From Waddliaceae bacterium (lineage in GTDB: Bacteria > Chlamydiota > Chlamydiia > Chlamydiales > Waddliaceae): a stretch of DNA of 64,000 nucleotides. Numbering within the stretch: position 1 is the stretch's first letter; the number at the start of each line of letters is the position of its first letter. The stretch spans positions 1,047,178 through 1,111,177 of the forward strand of contig CAVRUH010000001.1 in the NCBI GenBank assembly GCA_963724325.1, in the 5' to 3' direction. This document shows, piece after piece, positions 9,169-18,894 of this stretch. Position numbers and translations under genes: made by a program. The notes beneath the pieces are model-generated. The model was not told the DNA's origin. It saw only the letters and a program-made list of their open reading frames with translations, and did no database searches.

Positions 9169-11733
9169 TTAAGTGTATAGAATGTTCACTAATCGTCCTA
9201 AGGAATTTTCTTTTACAATAGTACTGTTGTCTTTCAATTTCTCTTCTATCGATTTGTAAATATCTGCTTGGGTTTTTCCTTCTGAAAGGAGGGTTTGAAT
9301 GATTCTCTCTGCCTCCTCTTGATTATAATTTTGATCATTAATAATTTCATCATATAATTGGAATAGTTGTGCTTCTGCCGCACCGCCAGTGATATCTACT
9401 TGCATCTGCATTTCGTGTGCTAATTTTTCATCTTCTGAGGTGTCCATTTCAAATATGAATGGTGCATCAAGTTTCAAATGTTGATTAATTAATTCCCAGT
9501 TCTCTCCAAATACTTTTATTGCTTCTGGGACATCATTTTCTACTTTGTCTAGTTCAATTTTTGGCATTTCATCATTTATTCTATTAATGAAATCAACTAA
9601 TTTTTTATGAATCTCTTCTGGAAGCTTGACTAGACCCTCTTCTTCATTAGGCACGTATTGTTGGATATGATCCCAAGCAGCGGTTGTGTTTATAGCAAAA
9701 ACTGGAAAATCAATATTTCCTTGTTCGATCAGTGTTAGAATATGCCCTAGAGATTGGAGTCCTTCTTCTAGCTTATCATCGTTATCTTTTTTAACTTGTT
9801 CAACGCGTGCCACTTCGGCGGCTTCCGCAGCTGCTTTTGCATCTATTTCTGCCTGTTCAGCAGCAGCTTCATCAACTTTTTTCTTTTCGGCTATTTGTCT
9901 TAAGATATCTTGTATGCGTTCTTCCCTAGCTTTCTTTGCTTCATCTATCTTATTTTGAAGTGTTGGAGCTAAAGTTTTTCGACCTCCGGGAAAATTAATG
10001 GTATTACTCGAATTCTTGTCCAGTATGGACAGCACTTTATTAGCTATTTCATTTGCTGAAAAAGTTTTTGAGTATTTCAACAGTAGCTCCCATAGGGCTT
10101 TCATGTTTTCTGCATTTTTTATGTCATCTTGAGTTTTAAGGTGTGCTAGCTCATTATCGAGATCTTCTAGTTTTATTTCTTCCTCAGCTTGTACTTCAAC
10201 TGTTTCAGGGACTTCTACCTCCTCTACTGCATGGGGTTTTGCCAATTCTTCTTCGGCTTTCTTTTGAGCAGCTTGTGCCAATCGCTCACGCATTATTCTA
10301 ATATTTTCTTCTGCTGCGGCTTTTTGTTCCATTGCTAGTTTTTCATCTTCACTAGGTGGTTTATTTGCTTCTTCTTCCTCAAGTCGTTTCTTTTCGGCAT
10401 CTTCGATTAGTCTCTTTTCATCAGCGATTTTGTTTTCTATCGCATTGGCTACTCCACCTTGAAAGTGAAGTTGTTTGGCCAAGAGTATGCTGTTAACTTT
10501 AGTTTCTATTTCCTCTGGTGTAAAACCAGCTTTGTGGTATTCCATAAATATGTTGATTAAATCGGCTTTCTTGCTCCTCATTTGTATGAAATCATTATTG
10601 TTTAGGAAAGCTAATTCTTTGTCTAATTCATCCAGCTTAGAGGCTTTGACTACGACTGGTTCAGGTTCTATCGCCTCTACTTTTGGGGGTTCAACAACTT
10701 CTTCTGGTTGAGCAGGGATATTTTCCCATTTTTCTCTAAGAATTTTTTGTTCTTCAGACACCTGTGGTGGATTTTCAGCTACGCTTGATGCGACTACTGG
10801 TTGATCGTGTGGAAGTTCCACAACTTCTTCTGGTTGAGCAGGGATATTTTCCCATTTTTCTCTAAGAATTTTTTGCTCTTCGGACAGCTGTGGTGGATTT
10901 TCGGCTATGCTTGGTGCGACTGCTGGTTGCTTTTTTTCTTCTTCTGAGGAGCTTTCGCTTGAGGCTTGTTTGTCTGCTTTCTGATCCTGTTCAAGTTTTT
11001 CCTTTTCGGCATCCATTCGTTTTGTTAATGCGGCAGTAACATTTACTGGAAAACCCATTTTTTCCCGATTCAATATACTCCCTACGTGTTGACGTATGGC
11101 TGATGGTGTAAAATTCTTCGTGTATTTCATGAACAGATCAAGTAATTTATCTTTGTCTTCCGCGAGTATTTCATAAGATTGATAGGAAAGCAAAATGCCA
11201 TCTAAGTCTTCGAGATTATCATATTTTTGTGGTTCTTCTTCCTCTCGTATTATAGTTGTTGAGGTAGATGTTCTTGCAGGGGCTCCTCGTCCTAAATCAT
11301 CATCTTCACTTTCATCAGATGAAGAATCGGAGGCTTCGTCTTTTCTGGATGAGGGTGGTGTTGTAGGAAAATGTGTTGAAGTTCGAGCTGGGGGTGGTGT
11401 AGGTACACGTGTTGAAGTCCGAACTGGGGGAGTTGTTCTTGAGCTGGGAAAAATTTGATCGAAATTTACGTTATTTAAGTCAGCTTTGATGACTGAAGCG
11501 GAGAAGTTATGTTTGCTAAGATGTTCCAGATTAGCGGCTTTTAAGCTTTGATGGTACAAATCGCGTACTTTTCTATCTGCCAAGCCGAATGTGACAATAT
11601 TTACAATTAATCTTAAAATCCAATTACCGATTCCATTGACTTTTTCTAGTTTTCCGTTTTTTGCGTTGAAGCTTCTAAAATTAGGATCATTTTTAAGTTC
11701 TTGTAAATTAAATTTTGCAGTTAATAGATCCAT
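9169..11733 (-). CDS. Large acidic coiled-coil protein with internal repeats (effector-like)
   Basis: 854 aa; N-terminal hydrophobic patch (WILRLIVNIVTFGL), Pro/Thr/Ser repeats, 126-bp-period internal duplication. Confidence 0.8.
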   Translation of the reverse strand: MDLLTAKFNLQELKNDPNFRSFNAKNGKLEKVNGIGNWILRLIVNIVTFGLADRKVRDLYHQSLKAANLEHLSKHNFSASVIKADLNNVNFDQIFPSSRTTPPVRTSTRVPTPPPARTSTHFPTTPPSSRKDEASDSSSDESEDDDLGRGAPARTSTSTTIIREEEEPQKYDNLEDLDGILLSYQSYEILAEDKDKLLDLFMKYTKNFTPSAIRQHVGSILNREKMGFPVNVTAALTKRMDAEKEKLEQDQKADKQASSESSSEEEKKQPAVAPSIAENPPQLSEEQKILREKWENIPAQPEEVVELPHDQPVVASSVAENPPQVSEEQKILREKWENIPAQPEEVVEPPKVEAIEPEPVVVKASKLDELDKELAFLNNNDFIQMRSKKADLINIFMEYHKAGFTPEEIETKVNSILLAKQLHFQGGVANAIENKIADEKRLIEDAEKKRLEEEEANKPPSEDEKLAMEQKAAAEENIRIMRERLAQAAQKKAEEELAKPHAVEEVEVPETVEVQAEEEIKLEDLDNELAHLKTQDDIKNAENMKALWELLLKYSKTFSANEIANKVLSILDKNSSNTINFPGGRKTLAPTLQNKIDEAKKAREERIQDILRQIAEKKKVDEAAAEQAEIDAKAAAEAAEVARVEQVKKDNDDKLEEGLQSLGHILTLIEQGNIDFPVFAINTTAAWDHIQQYVPNEEEGLVKLPEEIHKKLVDFINRINDEMPKIELDKVENDVPEAIKVFGENWELINQHLKLDAPFIFEMDTSEDEKLAHEMQMQVDITGGAAEAQLFQLYDEIINDQNYNQEEAERIIQTLLSEGKTQADIYKSIEEKLKDNSTIVKENSLGRLVNILYT

Positions 11734-11917
11734 AATGCCCCCATCTAAAATTATTCATGCTATTTTCAATTCTGATTATATTAAAATTATCAGTTTATGA
11801 GCAATGTTTATTTTACTGATTTTGTTGAACCTAACCGTTTTAAGGTCAAAAAATATATTGATTCAGAGTGTAAAATATGCTATCACCTGAGGATTAAATA
11901 ATTTTATTTTGGATATT

Positions 11918-12706
11918 ATGAGAAATTTTTTGAGAGTCGCAATTTTGGTCCTTTTTGTCCTTTTTGTCCCTTTTTCTGAGGCTCTTGTGGTGAATAGCCT
12001 TACCTATAATGGCAAATTCGATCCGGGGGAAATGAGACGCATAGAAGTGACTGTGACTAATGAAAAGGATGAAGTTGAGCAGGTGGAATTAAAGCTAGTT
12101 GATTATTGGACCAATGCTGAGGGACAGCATTTCTTTGAACAAAGTAAAGATCAACAGAGATCCAATGTGCCATGGGTGAAACTTGGGGTTAATAGGGTTA
12201 CTTTGCAGCCCAAAGAGTCGGCAACGATTCACTATACTGTAAATGTGCCTAATGATCCCAATTTGAAGGGAAGTTACTGGAGTGTTATCATTTTTGAACC
12301 TGCGGATCCAATTGCAACTAAAGAGCGTAAAGAAAATGAATTCCAGTTGTTGGTCAAAGTGCGTTATGCATATCATATTGTCACGGACATAGATCAGGGG
12401 GAATCTAATTTAAAGATTCTGCAGAAAGACTTTAAAAATTTTAATGGCAAGGAATTATTATGCATTGATGTTGCCAATGTTGGGGAGGTATTTCTTAATC
12501 CGCAGATGACGTTGAAGTTGTATTCAGAAGCCGGGATTCTAGAAAAGACCCTTGACGGAAGAAAGGAACGTCTCTATCCAGGCAGCTCTTCCCGATATTT
12601 TATAGATCCTGATGGCGTGGAAAAGAAAAATTACAAAGTATTTATGCTATTGGATAATGCTGATGGTAACATGTTTGGAGAAGCTTTTGATTTGCGGTTC
12701 CCATGA
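11918..12706 (+). CDS. Periplasmic chaperone-like protein (PapD/DUF916-like two-Ig-domain architecture)
   Basis: Signal peptide; PGE..IEVTVTN, WV..RVTLQPKESATIHYTVNVP..GSYWSVIIFEP; second domain with NVGEVFL and LYPG. Confidence 0.65.
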   Translation: MRNFLRVAILVLFVLFVPFSEALVVNSLTYNGKFDPGEMRRIEVTVTNEKDEVEQVELKLVDYWTNAEGQHFFEQSKDQQRSNVPWVKLGVNRVTLQPKESATIHYTVNVPNDPNLKGSYWSVIIFEPADPIATKERKENEFQLLVKVRYAYHIVTDIDQGESNLKILQKDFKNFNGKELLCIDVANVGEVFLNPQMTLKLYSEAGILEKTLDGRKERLYPGSSSRYFIDPDGVEKKNYKVFMLLDNADGNMFGEAFDLRFP

Positions 12707-15318
12707 AAAGATTAATACTATTGATGTTGTGTTGCTGGGTATTCTTGCATGCTGAGTTTGAGCTTACGTCTCCCGCTATACTTGAGGTTGACCCTGGAGA
12801 ATTCATTTACATAAGCGGTTTGTCGAAAGAGGTAGAAGACGTACGCTTGCAATGCCCTGAGAATTGGAAGGTTGTCTCGGGATTTGTCCCAGGCACTGTT
12901 CAAATCTTTTGTGTGAAGGTGCCGCAAGAGGCATTAGCAGGTGAATATGAAATTGCCATTGCTGCTCAAACCATTCGTGTAAAAGTCCTTCCAAAAGAAG
13001 ACTTTTCAGCTAGGGTTGAGAATATACAATCGAGTTATCTTCCTGATGATCCGATTCATTTGAACTTAGTTTGTTTGAATCGAGGAAATATCTCTATGAC
13101 AATACAGGTCGAGGTAACATCGGATCCGATATGCGACCTTGAATGTTCAGATGAGTGTCTTGAAATTCAACCAAGTGATTTAATATCTATTCCACTTCAC
13201 GTAAAACCTAAAGCCAATTTTGAAATTGAGAGGCAATTTGTTTTATTAAAGGTTAATGATGTAAAAACTGGAAAATATATTTATCAGACGACGTTAAATC
13301 TAAATGTTGTTCTTCCAGGCGCATCTGAAGATGATATGTATGTAAGAATACCTTCGGCTGTTTCGGCAATGGTGCTTGGAGATAGTAGCAGCACGGCATT
13401 CGCAGTCAAATGGGAGGGGGGTGGAATTATTGATCCAACGCGGGATCGTTATTTAGAATTTCTATTTCTAATTCCTACAAAAAATAATAACGTCATTTAT
13501 TCAAGTGATCAGGTTCTCTATTTGGCCATGAGTGAGCCTACTTGGGACTTTCAAATAGGTGATAGCATATATAATTTAACCCAACTTTCACAAAATTATG
13601 TTTATGGGAGGGGCATTGAATTAGATTTGTATGGCGATGTCTGGTCGGTGGGAGCGCATTACAATCAGGATTCTTGTGATAGGAGTCCTAATCTTAAGGA
13701 AACATGTGGATATATCGAATATGCCCCTACTCCTATTTTTAGTATGTCGGGGAATTACTTACATAAGAATCAAAAAGACTTTTGTGATGCGAATATTGCT
13801 ACTCTTTTGACCGATTTCGAATTCCCTTCCAAAGTATTCACAGAAATAGAAATTGCTAATAATTTTGTGAAAGAGACTAAATTGAGAAATTCCGGAGCTT
13901 ACAGAATTGAAACTCAAGGAAAATGTGGAAATGATACTTGGTTCGGCATAGAGCAAGTGGGAGCTGGTTCAAAATTTAATGGAAGTTATGAAAATGTAGA
14001 TTCCACATCAGCAATCATTGATTTTCCGATTAGAAATCTTGTCAGAGGAAACCTGAGTTATACACGTCTGAGACAAAATTTTATAAATTACTGCAGCAAT
14101 GAAGGGACCCTAGAGCCTCGTCAATATCAAATCAATGGTAATTTGAATTATAATATGATTTGCGGGGGCATATTGGGGCTTAATGCTTTTATTTTGCGAG
14201 CGAAGGACGTTGGTAAAAGAGAACAGTTTAATTTTTTGCAAAAGTGGATAGGAGCCTCGTTTTCCAGAAATTTGCGAGATTATATTTTCAATTCTAGAAT
14301 AGCTTTTGGAGCACAAAATGATTTTTTATTGCATCATTCTGTTGACAATTTGAAGAGTTTCTACTTTTTTCTCGGCAAAAATTTTACTCAAAATTGGCGT
14401 GGAGCCATTTTTTATGATGGAGGAAATACAAACTATTATGACCCTAAGCCTTGGCGGGATACTTTTGGGGTATCGACACAATTTAGATATGGCTCTGGTT
14501 CCTATTTAGATTTATATGTCCGCAATGTAAAAACGAGTCCCAATAAATTTAATTTTTTGGAGTGGGGGGTGAACTATGTGCATTTTTTTAAAAACCGACA
14601 TCAGATTCAGTTGGCAGCACAAAATATAAGGTATCGTTCTTCCATTAAAGATGATTTTCAATTTTTCCTCTCTTACACTATTCCTCTTTCTTTACCTGTT
14701 GGGAAAAGAAAGGATGTAGGATCTGTCAGTGGATATGTTTATGATGATTATGAGAGAAAAGCAGTCCCTTTTGCTACAATCAATTTAAACGGAAAAAAGG
14801 CTGTCACGGACGCAGAAGGGTATTTTAATTTTTCATCGACACCCGTGGGTATGCATGCTCTAAAAACAGAAAATCTTCCCCAAAATCTCTTGGCACAATA
14901 TGAGATCTCCCAAAATATCAATGTTTTAGGTGGAAAAAAAGTTGAAGTCCCAATTTCGGTAGTACAAGCTTGTTCTATTAAGGGGACAATCAAACTTTAT
15001 GTCTTTGACGACACTATCCCGCCTTGGGAAGAATCAGAACCACATATTATTGAAAAAGAAGTTGTCGCAGGCCTTAGAATATTTATTAGCAGTGAAAACG
15101 GAAAGGAAGTTTATACAACTATTTCAGATCGAGAAGGTTCTTTTGAATTCGCGATGCTTCGACCAGGGAAATGGACTATTAGCATCAATAATAATCAAAT
15201 TGCCTCTTCACATTTTCTAGAAGAAAAAGAGTTAATCTTAAATGTTAAACCTAAAGAAGATAAGGTTGTTAATTTAAGGGTTCTTCCTAAAACTCATAAA
15301 ATCAAACGTTTTCAGTAA
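12703..15318 (+). CDS. Usher-like outer-membrane protein (N-terminal Ig-like domains, central beta-barrel, two C-terminal carboxypeptidase-regulatory-like domains)
   Basis: Signal peptide; ATGA coupling to the chaperone; aromatic amphipathic beta-strands; GSVSGYV...TDAEGYFNF and SDREGSFEF...RPGKW. Confidence 0.6.
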   Translation: MKRLILLMLCCWVFLHAEFELTSPAILEVDPGEFIYISGLSKEVEDVRLQCPENWKVVSGFVPGTVQIFCVKVPQEALAGEYEIAIAAQTIRVKVLPKEDFSARVENIQSSYLPDDPIHLNLVCLNRGNISMTIQVEVTSDPICDLECSDECLEIQPSDLISIPLHVKPKANFEIERQFVLLKVNDVKTGKYIYQTTLNLNVVLPGASEDDMYVRIPSAVSAMVLGDSSSTAFAVKWEGGGIIDPTRDRYLEFLFLIPTKNNNVIYSSDQVLYLAMSEPTWDFQIGDSIYNLTQLSQNYVYGRGIELDLYGDVWSVGAHYNQDSCDRSPNLKETCGYIEYAPTPIFSMSGNYLHKNQKDFCDANIATLLTDFEFPSKVFTEIEIANNFVKETKLRNSGAYRIETQGKCGNDTWFGIEQVGAGSKFNGSYENVDSTSAIIDFPIRNLVRGNLSYTRLRQNFINYCSNEGTLEPRQYQINGNLNYNMICGGILGLNAFILRAKDVGKREQFNFLQKWIGASFSRNLRDYIFNSRIAFGAQNDFLLHHSVDNLKSFYFFLGKNFTQNWRGAIFYDGGNTNYYDPKPWRDTFGVSTQFRYGSGSYLDLYVRNVKTSPNKFNFLEWGVNYVHFFKNRHQIQLAAQNIRYRSSIKDDFQFFLSYTIPLSLPVGKRKDVGSVSGYVYDDYERKAVPFATINLNGKKAVTDAEGYFNFSSTPVGMHALKTENLPQNLLAQYEISQNINVLGGKKVEVPISVVQACSIKGTIKLYVFDDTIPPWEESEPHIIEKEVVAGLRIFISSENGKEVYTTISDREGSFEFAMLRPGKWTISINNNQIASSHFLEEKELILNVKPKEDKVVNLRVLPKTHKIKRFQ

Positions 15319-15389
15319 AAAAAATATTGCATATATTCTTTACAAATACTACACCTAAGGCAGAAGTAAAACTTTTTTTTAAGGAGTAT

Positions 15390-15872
15390 ATGAACAAAAA
15401 ACTGATTTTCGTCGGACTAGCTACTTTGGTATTAACCCAACAAGCTTTGTTCGCATCAACAACCGCAACAGCCACGGTTACATGGACAGTTGCATCCATT
15501 GATGCTATTTCAGTTTCCGGAAATCCAGGAACATTGACTGTTAATTCTGCAACCGCCGGTAGTGCCCCTTCGAGTGCTGCTGATTCAACAACTACTTATT
15601 CCGTGACAACGAATAATACAGCTAGAAAAGTTACAGGAGCTGTAGGCGTTGCCATGCCTACGGGTGTTACTTTGAGTGTTAACTTGGCGGCGCCTACAGG
15701 TGGAACTTCAATAGGAAGCGTTGGTTTGACAACAACTGCACAAAGTTTGGTTACAGGAATAGCCAATCTTGCACAGTCAGCGTTAGGAATTACGTATACT
15801 CTCGCTGCAACAGTAAGTGCGGCCCAAGCTTCTGCACAGACAGCGACCGTCACATACACTGTCGGACCCTAA
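15390..15872 (+). CDS. Pilin-like secreted subunit (Thr/Ala/Val-rich beta protein)
   Basis: AAGGAG RBS before ATG 15390; signal peptide; alternating N-terminal strand ATATVTWTV; C-terminal TATVTYTV; paralogues at 61544 and 62023. Confidence 0.7.
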   Translation: MNKKLIFVGLATLVLTQQALFASTTATATVTWTVASIDAISVSGNPGTLTVNSATAGSAPSSAADSTTTYSVTTNNTARKVTGAVGVAMPTGVTLSVNLAAPTGGTSIGSVGLTTTAQSLVTGIANLAQSALGITYTLAATVSAAQASAQTATVTYTVGP

Positions 15873-15879
15873 ATAATAC

Positions 15880-15906
15880 AACCCCGCTTTATTCCAAAGC
15901 GGGGTC
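15880..15906 (+). terminator. Hairpin, probable terminator of the pilin gene
   Basis: ACCCCGCTTT-ATTCC-AAAGCGGGGT immediately after the stop codon. Confidence 0.6.
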
Positions 15907-15940
15907 TCAAGCATAGCTTTACGCATAAGTTCATCCTCAT

Positions 15941-16045
15941 TTTTTCTTATCCTGCCTATCTTGCCGCTTGCGATCATCCATATCCTGTTCTTTTAAGGAA
16001 TAACAGGATATGGATGATCGCAAGCGGCAAGATGGGCAGGATAGG
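15941..16045. repeat. REP-like palindrome, family A
   Basis: ATCTTGCCGCTTGCGATCATCCATATCCTGTT ... AACAGGATATGGATGATCGCAAGCGGCAAGAT between convergent genes. Confidence 0.9.
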
Positions 16046-16058
16046 AGTCAGAGAATTT

Positions 16059-17378
16059 CTAGAAAAATTCGCTGCCGTCTATGGATTGAATCACATAATA
16101 ACTGAAGTTTTCCGCCCAGATGATGGTTGCATCGCCCGTGCTGTCTATAACAATCGCTGGGGTGATGGCATCTAACGTTGGATCAGAATGATCTACAGAT
16201 GAACTCCAAGAGCCGCCAAACGGCAAAGTGGCAGTTTGAAGAACAAAATTCGTGCCATTTAATCTGGTCCATACTGCTATTGCATTCCCGCTAGGGTCGA
16301 CAGCTACCATGGGTGATGCTGAATCTTGACCTGAATCAGAAAGACTGACTGGATCCGTCCAAAAATAACTATTTAACGTAGCGCTATAATTTGAAAATAG
16401 ACTTGAGCTTTCGACGAGTAGGTTTTCTCCATCATTGCGTGTCCAAATGGCGACGCCATTTCCTGATGGATCGATTGCAACTTGTGCGTTGTACGCATCT
16501 TCACCGGGTTCAGAAAGATACATTGGGAAGCTCCAGTTGCCATTGGAAGGCAAAATTGAAGCTTGGGTTATGAAGTTGTTACCATCAAATCCGCTCCAAA
16601 TTGCTACGGCACTTCCGTAATTATTGATAGCCACTTGGGGGTTCATAGCATCGTACCCTTGTATAGAAAGGTAGGTAGGATTTGACCAAACACCGTTGAT
16701 TGAATAGGATGCACATTCTGTATTAAGATTTGTGCCATCAAAACCGGTCCAAATGGCGATTGTGCTTCCGGTTGAATTAGTTGTTACTTGAGGCTGGAAA
16801 GCATATTCATAGGGTTCTGAGATATCTTCAGGAGCGCTCCAAACACCATAGTAGGTTCTTCGTATAGCTTGAATTCCAACGGAATCACCATCATATTTTT
16901 CCCAAACGACAACTATGTTGCCTATGCTATCGATGGCTACTTTAGCGTTGGCTGCAGAGATGCTAGGGTCAGAAAGAATCACAATATCTGACCAGCTCCC
17001 TCCAAATTCCCTCATTTTAACATTAATTTTGGAATTGGATACGCTATAGCTTTCCCATACCACTACGGCATTTCCAGCAGCATTCATGGCTACCATTGGA
17101 TTATAGCTATCTTCACCAATGGTTGAGAGGTCTGTGATGCCTGACCATCCTGCATTTGATGATTTTGTTGCGGATCGTATTTTGATGTTTTGTCCATTAA
17201 ATTCAGACCAAACCGCAATAGCGTATCCTGTGGCGTTTACTGCGAGATCTGGTGTTGTGGCCTGGTTTGCGTATGACGTAAGAGTCACAGGACTTGACCA
17301 TGATGCCATTAGAGGGGTTCCATTAAATATTGCGACCATTGTGATGACAGCATAAATCGAGATGCTAAGTAAATTCAC
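16059..17378 (-). CDS. Secreted repeat protein, probable 8-bladed beta-propeller
   Basis: Signal peptide; eight ~51-aa repeats W..P..LS..G.DA..P.VA.D..GNA.AVW. Confidence 0.8.
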   Translation of the reverse strand: MNLLSISIYAVITMVAIFNGTPLMASWSSPVTLTSYANQATTPDLAVNATGYAIAVWSEFNGQNIKIRSATKSSNAGWSGITDLSTIGEDSYNPMVAMNAAGNAVVVWESYSVSNSKINVKMREFGGSWSDIVILSDPSISAANAKVAIDSIGNIVVVWEKYDGDSVGIQAIRRTYYGVWSAPEDISEPYEYAFQPQVTTNSTGSTIAIWTGFDGTNLNTECASYSINGVWSNPTYLSIQGYDAMNPQVAINNYGSAVAIWSGFDGNNFITQASILPSNGNWSFPMYLSEPGEDAYNAQVAIDPSGNGVAIWTRNDGENLLVESSSLFSNYSATLNSYFWTDPVSLSDSGQDSASPMVAVDPSGNAIAVWTRLNGTNFVLQTATLPFGGSWSSSVDHSDPTLDAITPAIVIDSTGDATIIWAENFSYYVIQSIDGSEFF

Positions 17379-17468
17379 GTGAATACCTCTTTTGTTGAAG
17401 GTTAAAGAATTTCAATAGCATCTATTTCTATATAGAAATCCATTTCTTTGCAAATGTTTTTTTGCAGG

Positions 17469-17505
17469 GCTGTGGTTCTGCCGTCTCAGGCAGCAGAACC
17501 ACGGC
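17469..17505. terminator. Hairpin between the two propeller paralogues
   Basis: GCTGTGGTTCTGC ... GCAGAACCACGGC just downstream of the 17516 stop codon. Confidence 0.5.
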
Positions 17506-17515
17506 ATGAAGAATC

Positions 17516-18826
17516 TTAGAATAATGTTGTTCCGTCGACAGACTGGATTACATAGTAATTGAAATTTTCAGCCCAAATGATTGTTGCATCTCCGGCACCA
17601 TCTATCACTACGGAGGGAGAAACAGCATCCAAGTGTGGATCTGATAAGTCTTGCGGAGCTGACCATGAGCTTCCGAATGGAAGAGAGGCTGCTTGTAAGA
17701 CGAAGTTTGAGCCATTTAATCTTGTCCATATTGCTACGGCGTTGCCGAAGGGGTCGACAGCTATGGCAGGGTTTGCAGCTTCACTTCCGGAGGCTGATAG
17801 ATTTACGGGGATTGTCCAATATAGACTTCCTTGGGTGGCGCTGTAATTTGAGTAGAGAGTGGATGACTGTGCAATATAATTATTCCCATCATTTCTTGTC
17901 CATACAGCGACAGCGTTTCCACAAGGATCTATAGCTACTTGTGCATTATATGCATCTTGTCCATCTTCTGATATCACCATGGGCATTGACCAGTATTGAT
18001 ATGAGTCTAAATAGGCAGCTTGAATAGTGAAATTACATCCATCATATCCGCTCCAAACTGCAATTGCTTCGCCGTCGCAATTGATATCTACATCTGTGCC
18101 CATTGAGTCAAATCCATATTCAGACAAGTATTCAGGGAACGACCAAAATCCGTAATCGTAAATGGATGCTTCTGTGTATAAGTTAACACCATCGAATCCA
18201 GTCCAAACTGCTACAGACATTCCTGTAGTATTTGAAACGATTTGGGGTTGAAAGGCATATTCGCCAGGAATTGATATGTCTTCGGGGCATCCCCAGACTC
18301 CATAGTATGTTCTTCGTATTGCTTGAATTGATACAGCAGCGCCTTCGTATTTTTCCCAAACTACGATGATGTTTCCAATGCTATCTATAGACACTTTGGG
18401 ATTAGCAGCATTTGCTCCGTCCTCTGAAAGAACAAGGATATCGGACCAGCTGCCTCCAAAGGGCTTTAGTCTGGCGCTTACGAGATAACTTTCTCCGTCG
18501 AAGCTTCCCCACACTACGATGGCATTTCCTGAAGCATTCATTGCAATTTCTGGGCTGTATGAGTTTATTCCGTCAGGGGTTAGGTAGGTGCAGGCTGACC
18601 AACCAGCGCCCGTTGTATGTGTTGATGATCGAACTTTTATATTTTGTCCGTTGTACTCAGACCATACACCAATTGCATATCCCGTGGAGCTGACAGCGAC
18701 GTTGGGGTTTGTGGATTGGTCCGCATAGGACGTTAAGGTTACAGGTTTTGACCATCCTGCTATTAGCTGGGCTTCGCTGAATAAAGTTAAAGCAGCAAAC
18801 AAAAATGCAATTCTTAGGTAATTCAT
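17516..18826 (-). CDS. Secreted repeat protein, probable 8-bladed beta-propeller (paralogue of 16059)
   Basis: Collinear with the 16059 protein over its whole length; same eight repeats. Confidence 0.8.
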   Translation of the reverse strand: MNYLRIAFLFAALTLFSEAQLIAGWSKPVTLTSYADQSTNPNVAVSSTGYAIGVWSEYNGQNIKVRSSTHTTGAGWSACTYLTPDGINSYSPEIAMNASGNAIVVWGSFDGESYLVSARLKPFGGSWSDILVLSEDGANAANPKVSIDSIGNIIVVWEKYEGAAVSIQAIRRTYYGVWGCPEDISIPGEYAFQPQIVSNTTGMSVAVWTGFDGVNLYTEASIYDYGFWSFPEYLSEYGFDSMGTDVDINCDGEAIAVWSGYDGCNFTIQAAYLDSYQYWSMPMVISEDGQDAYNAQVAIDPCGNAVAVWTRNDGNNYIAQSSTLYSNYSATQGSLYWTIPVNLSASGSEAANPAIAVDPFGNAVAIWTRLNGSNFVLQAASLPFGSSWSAPQDLSDPHLDAVSPSVVIDGAGDATIIWAENFNYYVIQSVDGTTLF

Positions 18827-18894
18827 ACATACACCTCACTTGTTATATGTAATATACTTTTATAATTTATATCTTTTCATTGCAAATAAAAATT

